From the NCBI GenBank assembly GCA_951406725.2, contig OX597816.1, positions 151,652,001-151,716,000 on the forward strand: a stretch of DNA of 64,000 nt, in the 5' to 3' direction. Shown here piece after piece: positions 54,025 through 64,000 of this stretch (position 1 is the stretch's first letter; each line of letters begins with the position of its first letter). A program made the translations under genes and the position numbers. The notes beneath the pieces were generated by a model that was given only the letters and a program-made list of their open reading frames with translations, did no database searches and had not been told where the DNA came from. This DNA comes from Octopus vulgaris. Taxonomy: Eukaryota.

Positions 54025-55981
54025 GCAATAGCACAGGGTATAGTATGGTCTGGCAGAGAACTTGCAATCTAGAAAACTAAGAAATATAGGTGGGCAACTT
54101 AGCAAAAATATACTCATACCTGTCATAGTTAAAGGCTTTAGTAATGTCAAATGAAACAGCATTGCTTTATTGAAATTATCTAGGGTGAGACAGTAATGGT
54201 GATGGATATATGACAATAAGTTACCAGTAGATTTGGCTCTTAGGAAACTATACTAATTGTCCTTGAGAAGAGAGATAACTTTAAGGTGATGAAGGAGATG
54301 ATTGTTTGCAGCTGTTCCAATTACCTTTGAAGCAAGAGTAGCAGGTCGATAACTGTACAAAGTGTGAGAAGGACCCCTTTAAGAAGATGAAACATGTTGA
54401 GAGAGAATGTGAAGTACTATTGGAATACACAATTTGAGGCTGATAGAAGGGATGTTGTCAGGACTGGTTGGTGCACTGGAGCAGATTTGTTCATAATAGT
54501 GTCCACAAAAGATTTACGGATGTTGAGGAATAAAGTCATACTTTTTCTAAAAGTATCAGGGAAGCAATTACTGAAGTAAATACAATCAAGAATTAAAACC
54601 AGACAGAGGGATGGGCTCTAAGAAATTATCCCTGCCATGGGTCATTCACCAATATATATACATACGTACACACACACTTTATTAAACTATTTTTCGACAG
54701 CTAAATTTTTGTTTTGTTTTTGTCTCTATGCTTGTGTTCTCCATTTGCATACAAATGTATTTTTTGAATACTCCAGAGTTTACATACACACATATGAACT
54801 ATGTTTCCTGTGAGAATAACACGAAACTGTTAACTAGTTCAATCCCACCACCTCAGTATAATTTCTTTTTGTCAAATAACAAGGTCCATAGACAAGTGGT
54901 ATAAACTTCTTAAGTCATTTAAAATGCTGAAAAGTTATCACTGAGATTTGAACTATAAGACTTCCTACTTTTTAAGATTTAAATATCAAGAATGTAATTG
55001 ATATAAAATGTAGAAAAATAAAGCTTGAGCTGGTAGTATTGATTATATATCATGACTGTTTTCACAAAATACAAGTTAGCAAATATCTGATGGCTTAGAA
55101 AGCAAACCATAGATACTACTTATAGACCTTCCTCCTTCTTCTCTTGCTTGAGAGAAATATATTAAATCACAAAACTTCAAATCACAATAAAGCCATCATG
55201 AAGTTTTAATACTGATAATCTGTAGAAAAAGAAAGAGAAGCACCAGTGACTAGAGCAACTTATAATCAATGGATTGGGAAAATCAATATATTAACTATTT
55301 AGTAAAGAAATACTCCAGTTAATAAATATTTCCTTTCTTTTTGTTTGTTTTGTAGCTTTCAAGGAAAAGACTTACTGAAATCCCTGATAGTTCTTTTACA
55401 TAAAGAGATTTTACAACTGGTTAAAATGTTTCTCAGGTGTATTTGGAAAATTATTTATCCTAAAACCAACATCAACAATAATATGTTTTTTGATTATATT
55501 CATTTTATAAGCCCCTTCTGAAACCTTAACAAAATTCAACCTGGAACCATCCTTCCTTTTTACACTAAACCTTAATGTACTTTGAATCCCATATATAGCT
55601 TAGTAAATATAGATTATTTTAACTATATTACTATTATTATTGCTAGCTGTTGTTGTTATATAGAATTTGATTTATCACAATACTTATAAACTTGAAGATA
55701 TGCAATAACATCTCACAATCAAGATTTAAGCTCTCAAATCAATATTACATAATTGAAAACTAAAATACAAGGACATAGTTGTTAAAAATCAACAACAAAA
55801 GCACATCCTGTGATAGGGGCCATCACTTCTCATTGTTGGTAGCAGCATTATCATTTGTTTGTTCAATATTTGGCTATTTGAAGAGTATAACAGTATAGCA
55901 TAACAAAACTTCAATATTTTTCCTAATACTTCCAGTACTTCAGCAATTAAGTCTGCTTCTGTTCTTACAGAATACACTGTT

Positions 55982-56035
55982 TTAAAGATCTTCTGTTGGG
56001 TCTTCAGCAGGCACATAATACCGTGGGCCATTTAC
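55982..56035 (-). CDS. GDAP2: GDAP2-like, terminal coding exon
   Basis: Acceptor CTTTACCTTCCAAG|; VNGPRYYVPAEDPTEDL-stop resembles the NGPYY...DL C-terminus of GDAP2 (recalled, not searched). Confidence 0.88.
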   Translation of the reverse strand, partial: VNGPRYYVPAEDPTEDL

Positions 56036-56375
56036 CTTGGAAGGTAAAGAGGAAGAGTACTTTAATACATAACACAAGGATAAGATTCATGTCCACAAAA
56101 ATACATAAGAATTTTATAACCATTTATATAAACATTACTGAGACTGATAATTCATTATTTTAGTGCAGTGTAGGTTACTTCACAGTGAGGGGTAAGTAAC
56201 AAGTAAATAAAATTTTAATTAAAATTTCTTCGGAGAGTTAGATGAGGGCAATCAAAGTGGGGCAAAGAGCAAAAAGTTTGAGAAGCATTGTGGTAGTGTG
56301 TCATTCATTTACTCATCTGTAATCAGCCAATCACTTTCAGTGATCATGTCATCTGTGAGGCCGATTCCACCAACC

Positions 56376-58747
56376 AGGTTGGTACAAACATAATTGTAGT
56401 TTTGAAGCATCAACTTTAAAGCAATATAACTCAGCTTAGCATAAATAATATATAATACACATTGTTGCCAAAGTTTATACATTCTGACAACATAAAATTT
56501 TGGTGTCCTAGGACTGATGAGCAGCTGCTTGAATGTTAAAAAGAGCTATAAAGACACTTGACAAAGCGGTAGTGGGTCAGTGAGAGGTTAGGGAAGAGAG
56601 TTTTGTTGTCCATTTCATTCAGTTTCTGAAGTGTCATTTGCAAGATGTGGTCAAGTGTTGTCATTGAGAACAATTGGTCCTTTTTTAGATTAAAAAATGC
56701 TGGACATAAATGTTATGATTCTTGGTGCATTTTGTTGATTTTCCTGACAATACTTCTCTACTGTGATGGTTTTGCAAGGATTTAAGAAATGGTAGTGGGC
56801 AATTCCACTTGCTGACCCCTACACAGTAACATAACTGTCTTTTGATGCACCTTTAGTTAGGAGGATGTTTTGGTGCTTGCTCTCAGCCCAACCACAACAT
56901 GGAACACAGTCAGTTGCATAGAATTAGTTCTTCATGTTGTTACAATGCAATCAAGAAACAGATCATGTAAAAAGCACTCACAACACTCTTCAAGTGGTTG
57001 GTGTTAGGAAGGGCATCCAGCTGTAGAAACTCTAACAGATCAGATTGGAACCTGGTGCAACTGCTGGCTCTCTAGACCACAATTAAACCGTCAAACCCAT
57101 GCCAGCATAGAAAACGGACATTGATGATGATGAAGAGCAGAACAGACTTCATAATAGCAATTTTTTTTTTTACTTTTATTCAGCTGATGCGACATACATT
57201 TCTTGAGTTTTTATTTTTGATTATTCAATATGTTGCAAATATTGAACAACTGTTTGGTTGTTCTATAACCAGTTGTATTGTTTTGTGTGGGTCTGCTTCA
57301 ATAAATCCCTCAGTTAGTTGTTTGTCAATTACAGAACATACATAACTTCCTTCATCTTCAAGGTTCTTATCTCTCCCATGAAACTTTTTGAACCAATGTT
57401 AACCCTTTTGTTACTATATTTCTGACCAAAATACACCCCTTATGTGTTTCAATTAATTTCTAACGTAATCATAAATTTAGTCTGGTTTCATTAAACAACT
57501 ATAACTTTTTTATTTATCAATATATTAACGTGAATTTTGGAAGATAATTTAATGAAATGTTCTCAACCAATTCTATACTATAATTTTTGTCACAAAGTGA
57601 CTCTAATTGCAGGTAGATACAGGTAAATTCAACAAAATATAAAATTATTAAAATTTTGTTCAAACATCGCTATAGAAAATGGGTTATTAGCTAATATTCA
57701 ATTGGGTATACAACAAAATTTTACGATAGAATTTGTTATTCTGGGTAACTTTCTGATACCCATAATAATATTTATGGCAAAATAGTCTTAATTTCATTTA
57801 AGGTTATGGGGAAACCACTAAGTATCCTTTCTTTCATTTACATTTAGTGTAACAGTTCGTTTCCGCCGTAATGATTTCAAATAGGCTCATTCGAAAAAGT
57901 AAAAAGAAATAGTCTAAGGCTTTACTCTTCTGGGAAAGTCTGTGGCTTGGTCCAGTTTCTTCAGAAAAATCACCGAAAGAAACAGTTTTTAAATTTTCAC
58001 TCCATTCAGGTGCCAATTCATTTTCTTTATCGCTGTCGGAGCTCTCAGATTCACTGTTTTCACTTTCGGAAAATGAAACATCAGATTCATTATCAAATAC
58101 CACATGCTTTTTTTTTTTCAGCCATAGAGTTAGATTTATGAAGGTCTTCAGTAGAAAATCCTTTGAATTCTGACTCGCTGCTTGATATAATGAAATTCAT
58201 ATCCATTTTTTGTCAGAATTACAAATTTTGAAAACACAATAGGAACAAATTTCGGAAAAAAAATCTCCCAAAATTCACGGAATTAAAATTACACTTCGAT
58301 TTTTGTACAAAACTGTAGTTGAACTCTTTACGAAGTATAATACGTGTTTTCATGAATGTACTAAAGAGATTTGCTCTGATATTCTCATTTAAATATGAAT
58401 AGGTAAATTCGGGCGGTTTTGTCACATTAACCAAAATTTTTTTCGGGCGGTTTGGTAACGAAAGGGTTAAACAGTATATTCATTGATGGTCTCCTATTTA
58501 AATACTTGATTGATATTGCAAGCACCTTCTGCTGCTTTGCATTTAATTTTCAACTCTTTATAATAAAATCATTCAAATTTGTCTTTTCCCCCCCAGTTTT
58601 AATTTGAAAGCCTAAAATAAACAAGAACCAAAATAAAGCAAAACCACAAGCATAAATCAGAAGAGTGAAATCTGTGCTTCAAAATGGTTTCTAGAATAAG
58701 CATCAAAGTTTAAAATAAAAACTGCAATTATTTTGGCACCAACCTAA
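56376..58747 (-). mobile_element. Decayed mariner (Hsmar1/cecropia-like TIR) with nested insertions
   Basis: Ends AGGTTGGTACAAACATAATTG and CAATTATTTTGGCACCAACCTAA. Minus-strand remnant KGPIVLNDNT.PH near 56645-56690. Confidence 0.7.
57403..58466 (-). mobile_element. Internally deleted piggyBac element
   Basis: TTAA on both sides; TIRs CCCTTTTGTTAC / GTAACGAAAGGG. ORF 57834-58103 has an acidic N-terminus and F..F...GP...DYF.L.F...FE.I..ETN.Y, typical of piggyBac transposase. Confidence 0.88.
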
Positions 58748-58808
58748 TGTTATTTCAAAATACTTTATACATTAAACAAGTATCAAAGGTGCCTGCATGA
58801 AATCTTAC

Positions 58809-58952
58809 CTTTACATCATATTCAAATATCCACTGAGGTAAGTCTAGCTGATCTGTATTCATTTTTGCATACAAATAATCTGTACCTTGCAGATGACAGA
58901 TTTTAGTTTTTATTTCTGGTGCTGTAAATGTTGTGAAGAACCATGTTGAAAT
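58809..58952 (-). CDS. GDAP2: GDAP2-like coding exon
   Basis: ISTWFFTTFTAPEIKTKICHLQGTDYLYAKMNTDQLDLPQWIFEYDVK, 144 nt, AG/GT boundaries, phases 0 and 0; STWFFTTF is characteristic of GDAP2. Confidence 0.93.
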
Positions 58953-59459
58953 CTGGACAAATGATAAGAAAGAAAAACGTTAATAAAAAGAAATTTACCT
59001 TTTATTTGCTACTCCATTGTTTTGATATTTAAACCAAATTAAGAGCATATGATCTCAAAACAATTGGATGGGTTTTAATAGAAATTTGGGGAAAGTTTGA
59101 TGCAAAAATGGAAACTGATATGAAATAGGCTGTGAATATTTGCTGTGGTTGGATGTGGAAAACAAAATTGAAAAAAAAAAAGCAAACATGGGCTACTTGA
59201 TATAGATGTTGAATATTGACAGCTTAACATTAATTGAAGATTCATGACATATTGGGAGATGGAGATGCAATGAAAGAGCCATTCCACCTAATAAGGCTAA
59301 TTTTTATAGATGGCCATCTTTATTCCAATCAAACTGAGTGAAGAGATATATTTAGGAGCTCAGGATGACACACATTTCCACTGTTACAGGCTTAAAAAGC
59401 AACCAATCAGAGGACAGCTGGTACTTTGACAGCTTGCAGTCCTTAGTTAATAATAGTAA

Positions 59460-59850
59460 TTGTTTTTAATTTAGGAGAAACAAAGTCAGCAAATTTTGAA
59501 GGAGAGGCAGTAATCAGTTATATCAACCTAGTGTTTGATTGGTACTTAATTTTATTGATCACAAAAGAATGAAAGGAAAAGTTGATCTTGGTGGGATTTG
59601 AACTCAAAACATACAGTGCTGAAAGATATACAACAAACATTTCATTTGACACTACTTTCATGATCCTGCTAATCCAGGGCCTATATAATAATTGTTTCCA
59701 ATATGGACAAAAAAGTCAGAAATTTTTAAGGTAGGGTTTAATTGATTAAATTAACCACAGTGCTTCACTGGTACTTAATTCTATCAGCCTTAGAATGATG
59801 AAAGGCAAAGTTGACCTCAGCAGGAATTGAACTCAGAATGTAAAGAGACA
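59460..59850 (-). mobile_element. Two degenerate SINE family A copies
   Basis: Reverse-complement core TGGTACTTAATT...ATGAAAGG.AAAGTTGA occurs twice. Confidence 0.7.
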
Positions 59851-59935
59851 ACAAAATCAGCAAGGTACTGTACTTTAAAGCATACTACAAAATTCAGTGA
59901 ATGTAAAATAGCTTTAATATAACATCATCACTTAC

Positions 59936-59990
59936 CTTAAACCATAAGTTGGAGTGGATTATATAAAAGGTGACTAAGTTTTTCTTATAT
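59936..59990 (-). CDS. GDAP2: GDAP2-like coding exon
   Basis: (K)YKKNLVTFYIIHSNLWFK, 55 nt, phases 2 and 0; CRAL-TRIO_2/BCH motif YKKNL...Y.IH. Confidence 0.92.
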
Positions 59991-60672
59991 CTACAACAAC
60001 AACAACAAAAAAGACAAAATATATATCTTCAAATTACAGTTTTCTGAAAGTAGTCAAAATCAATATTTTTACAAAGCAACTGACAAGTTGATAGGTCATT
60101 AACCAGTTGGGTAATGCGTTCTTTGCAAAGCCAACAAAACTGCTACTTGACCAGTTTATTTTAATGTAAATAAGTTTGGTATAAATGCAATATTGTAAGA
60201 TAGTGTGAACATTGAATAAAAGCAAATGAGACACTGATCTTCGAATGAAATGTGCAGACTTTGATAGGCTGTATAAAGATGTCGGACATTTTCTCTTTAA
60301 AATAAACTAGATGCTCAAGGCTGTTCTTAGATATATTAACAATGAGTAAACATGTGGGCAAAAAAACCGACACTGAGCTGAGGCCAAAGTCACACAAAAA
60401 AAAAAAACATTGCTGACCATTACCCTGTACTGTAGAACAAATTTAAAATATACTTTATTAACTTTACAATTGTGAAATATTAAAGCTTGTTTATAGTGTT
60501 ACATAATTTGCTGTTTAAATTTGTAGCAGACCTTATATAACATTAAGATGGATGGATGGATGCATGCATGTATGTATGTATAGTGGTGGTGGGGTCAGAG
60601 ATGTAGTCTGGAGAAAAGGGGAGTTGGAACTTATGAAACAATCAGTTTATAGAAAGAGAATAAGGAACTCAC

Positions 60673-60812
60673 TTATCATGTAGAACATTGTAGGCATATT
60701 TCAGGAAGGAAGTGGGAGCTAAATTGTCAACTGTTGTGAGAGTATGCAGGTAGATCACAGAATATTTGGTATCAGCAATGGAATCCATGACTTGAACAAT
60801 ATATTGTAAAAC
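60673..60812 (-). CDS. GDAP2: GDAP2-like coding exon
   Basis: VLQYIVQVMDSIADTKYSVIYLHTLTTVDNLAPTSFLKYAYNVLHD(K), 140 nt, phases 0 and 2. Confidence 0.93.
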
Positions 60813-62160
60813 CTGATGTACAAAAGGAACAAAAAATATAAACAAAATCAAAACAGTAACCTTAAAACGTTCTCAAATTTTCATACTGTTCGTTATAAAA
60901 AATTATCAACTTCAGAGGAATTAAATTTTAAATTGGAATTAAAAGTTGTAAAACTTTAATGAGATTTGTGTTTTCTGATAAAACCACTTCTACTAGAAAT
61001 TTATGAAATTTAATATTTCAAGAAATAGCTATTATTTCCATAAAATATATTAATCACTTGACTTGTAGCACAGTAGTCTTTGGGTTTATCAACAACCCCC
61101 AACTAGGAAATGATTTAAAATTTTAAGGGGACAGTAAAGAACATTTTTTTTTTATATTACTATTCAGTTTTAATCATATGGAGGGAATGTTTTTTTTTTA
61201 TTAAAAACATAAGATAATGGAGAGAAATAAAAGATTGACTAACATGAATTTAGCCTAATAATTGCTTGAAAGCTGGATCTTTGAATAAACCCTAAAGCTT
61301 AATTAGTTACTGGCAAATAGACAGAATAAACAAGCACAATAACATCCCCATTAATTAGTGAACTACAGAATAGCTGCTCAACCCGTCAACAAATATTTTA
61401 AAATGAGAACCTCATATTTTCAGTTCTAAGTCAAAGACAAGATGACCTAAAAATTTAATCAAGAAATTTTGAGCATTACCCTGATTTGAATGAACCCAAA
61501 AAAGCAAAATTGTTCATAGCTGCTCCAAAAGTGTTTCAATTATTGTTGCTGCATGTTTTATGAGCATTTTATGGAATCAATACATTATATGGTCATGGTT
61601 TTGTGTTAATACATCAATTTAGAACTGAAAATAATTTTAACCAGGGAGGGTATTCTAGAGCGCTGTCTAATTAATAGCTATAATACAACCCCGCCCTATT
61701 TTTTACCCATCTGTACACATCATCATCATCGTTTAAGTTTAATGTCTGCTTTCCATGCTGGCATGGGTAGGTGGGTTTAACTGAAAACTAGTAAGCCAGG
61801 AAGCTGCACCAAATCAGATCAGAACCTGGTGCACCTCTCTGGCTTACTAGTTTTCAGTCAAATCAAAGTAGATGTTAATGATGAGTACAGATAGGTAAAA
61901 AAAAAAATATATGTTAACAAAGGAAATAGGGAAATAAACCTAGAATATCTCCAGCTCTTCCTACTCAACCACCAAAAATGAAAACTTTACTCCCCTAAAA
62001 AACTGCCTGTCTGAAAAAAACTGATATATAAATCTGAGGTGCAACTTCTTTCCCTTATACCTAAATAAAACTGCAACAAAGAAGTCAGAACATTACAAAA
62101 TAAATCAACCTTTGTCAATATCAAGATAATTGTTATAAATGATATAATAAAAAGGTTTAC

Positions 62161-62314
62161 TTTTTCTAAATCAATATGATTTACAGGAAGATTCTTGCCA
62201 ATGAAGACTAGTACAGGTCTTCCAAGCCGATCAACACCTGTTTGATAAAAACACCTCAGGTGCGCAATATTGCTAGTATTTTCATCTTTAGCTTTTTGTA
62301 AAAATTTTTCATAC
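62161..62314 (-). CDS. GDAP2: GDAP2-like coding exon (most 5' exon recognised in the window)
   Basis: YEKFLQKAKDENTSNIAHLRCFYQTGVDRLGRPVLVFIGKNLPVNHIDLEK, 154 nt; YQTGVD..GR.V starts the CRAL-TRIO domain. The macro-domain exons presumably lie beyond 64000. Confidence 0.93.
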
Positions 62315-63028
62315 CTAAAACAATGGAGAAAATGTCATTAGTGTCATAAAACACAGCATTAACATAGAAGAATAAACAAAGCCTATTGCATTATTGAAGC
62401 TACAAGTAATTTAAAGGAGTGATTAGGAGGTGGCAAATATCAAGGGAAAATGATGGGGCATTGGGTGTTATTAAGAAGAGTCATATTTTTTTTCTTTCTT
62501 AGTAATAAATTGTTTAAACTGGGTTCAATACTTCTATTTTAAATAGACCTCACCCTCAAATCTTCAGAATTAGAATGAATGTGACAGAAATATGAATTAC
62601 AATGCATTATGGTCCGATATAATTTCATTATAGAAATCCTTACCTTATAATTATCATAAACATTTAACAAGAAGTTAGGGACACCAATCTACAGAAATAT
62701 CTAAAAGGGGGTATATATATACTGGATGGAAAATATCAAGAATGAATCACTGTGCAAATTTAACTTCTGTTTCATCAAAATAATGTTTTTGTTCCCTTCA
62801 AACATGCAGGAGGAGCATTTGTAAAATGCCATTCAATGAACAGGATCATTGAACTTACAGAAAGCTGAGAACTGCAGCTAATAGAATAAATTGATTGACT
62901 TATTTATATTAACTTAGGTAGGTTTTGGCCATTGTTGTCCTAGATCATGTCTAACAGCACTGCTGTCCCAATACCAATATCTTATAAAATATAGGGTGTT
63001 GGGAGAAGAAGTAGATATTAATGTTTAC

Positions 63029-63274
63029 GATGCCAGCACCGCCTCCACTGGCTTCCGTGCCGGTGGCACATAAAATACACCAATCCGACCGTGGCCGTTG
63101 CCAGCCTCGCCTGGCACCTGTGCAGGTGGCACGTAAAAAGCACCCACTACACTCACGGAGTGGTTGGCGTTAGGAAGGGCATCCAGCTGTAGAAACATTG
63201 CCAGATTAGACTAGAGCCTGGTGCAGCCTTCTGGCTTCCCAGAACCCTGGTCGAATCGTCCAACCCATGCTAGC
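63029..63274 (+). mobile_element. RTE 3' UTR fragment flanked by a 38-bp direct repeat
   Basis: Five differences counted against 51648-51893; flanks 62991-63028 and 63275-63312 are identical. Confidence 0.9.
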
Positions 63275-64000
63275 ATAGGGTGTTGGGAGAAGAAGTAGAT
63301 ATTAATGTTTACATGGGGAAAATCCTTCTTAGAAGTTTCTATTTCTTTTTCACAATTACAACATATTGCTCTTTTATATTCCCTAATAATATAAAGCATG
63401 AACATCTCAACTTGTTTTAGAAAGCCTGTGTAGAGTTGCTTGAGCTGTTCTAACAGCTAAATTTCATCTTAAAACACACCTTACTATCCTTTTAATCTGA
63501 GAACTAAACAAGAACAAGGGATATAAAACAAGTCTAAGGGAGGTAGTTCTATCAAATTTCAACTGAAATTAGTAAAAAAAGACATTTTATCATATAGATA
63601 AAGTTAGTTATCTTAGTCTAATTCCAATACAGAATGTTAATAAGATGCAGTGCAAACCCAAAATTTTCTTTTAGATGTTTTGCAAACAATTTTATAACTT
63701 GTAAGAAAAGTTTCATCTAAATATCATACATGTAAAGGTTGCTTTTTGTCTTTAAACTTCCTGAGATTGATAAAATTACTGTAACACTGGTCAGTTGGAT
63801 ATCATCATTCACTTTTCCATGCTTGTATGAGTTAGATGGAGTTTATTGATGCAGATTTTTCTATAACCAGATGCCATTCCTGTCACCAAGCCTCATCTGT
63901 TTGCATGCAAGGTAATATTTCCACATGACCAGACACGTTGTCACAGAACATTGGAAATGAATGATACTGCTTGTATGACAGTGACACTCATTTACAACTA

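Noticed and set aside
55789-56031. 80-aa minus-strand ORF
   Set aside because: It is an alternative frame overlapping the GDAP2 terminal exon and 3' UTR.

Overview
AT-rich, microsatellite- and transposon-rich animal genomic DNA. The gene and repeat content point to a cephalopod, most likely an octopus (inference). Two protein-coding genes are supported. (1) A complete plus-strand arginine kinase gene (17600-37446) with five shared exons and TWO paralogous coding first exons (17600-17750 and 26119-26266). Each first exon has its own CCAAT+TATA promoter and a phase-1 GT donor, predicting 349-aa and 348-aa isoforms with different N-termini. (2) The last five coding exons of a minus-strand GDAP2-like gene (CRAL-TRIO/BCH C-terminus, 55982-62314), whose 5' part lies beyond the window. 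An orphan CpG-rich housekeeping-type promoter lies at about 4.5-5.0 kb and is followed by a CpG-depleted domain, hinting at an unannotated transcription unit. The rest is tRNA-derived SINEs (two families, including a 7-copy head-to-tail array), LINE fragments (RTE, L1/Tx1, CR1), a Helitron, hAT, Tc1/mariner and piggyBac remnants, often nested, plus several hairpins. Most ORFs in the supplied track are spurious. All coordinates were counted by hand; repeat boundaries are approximate.
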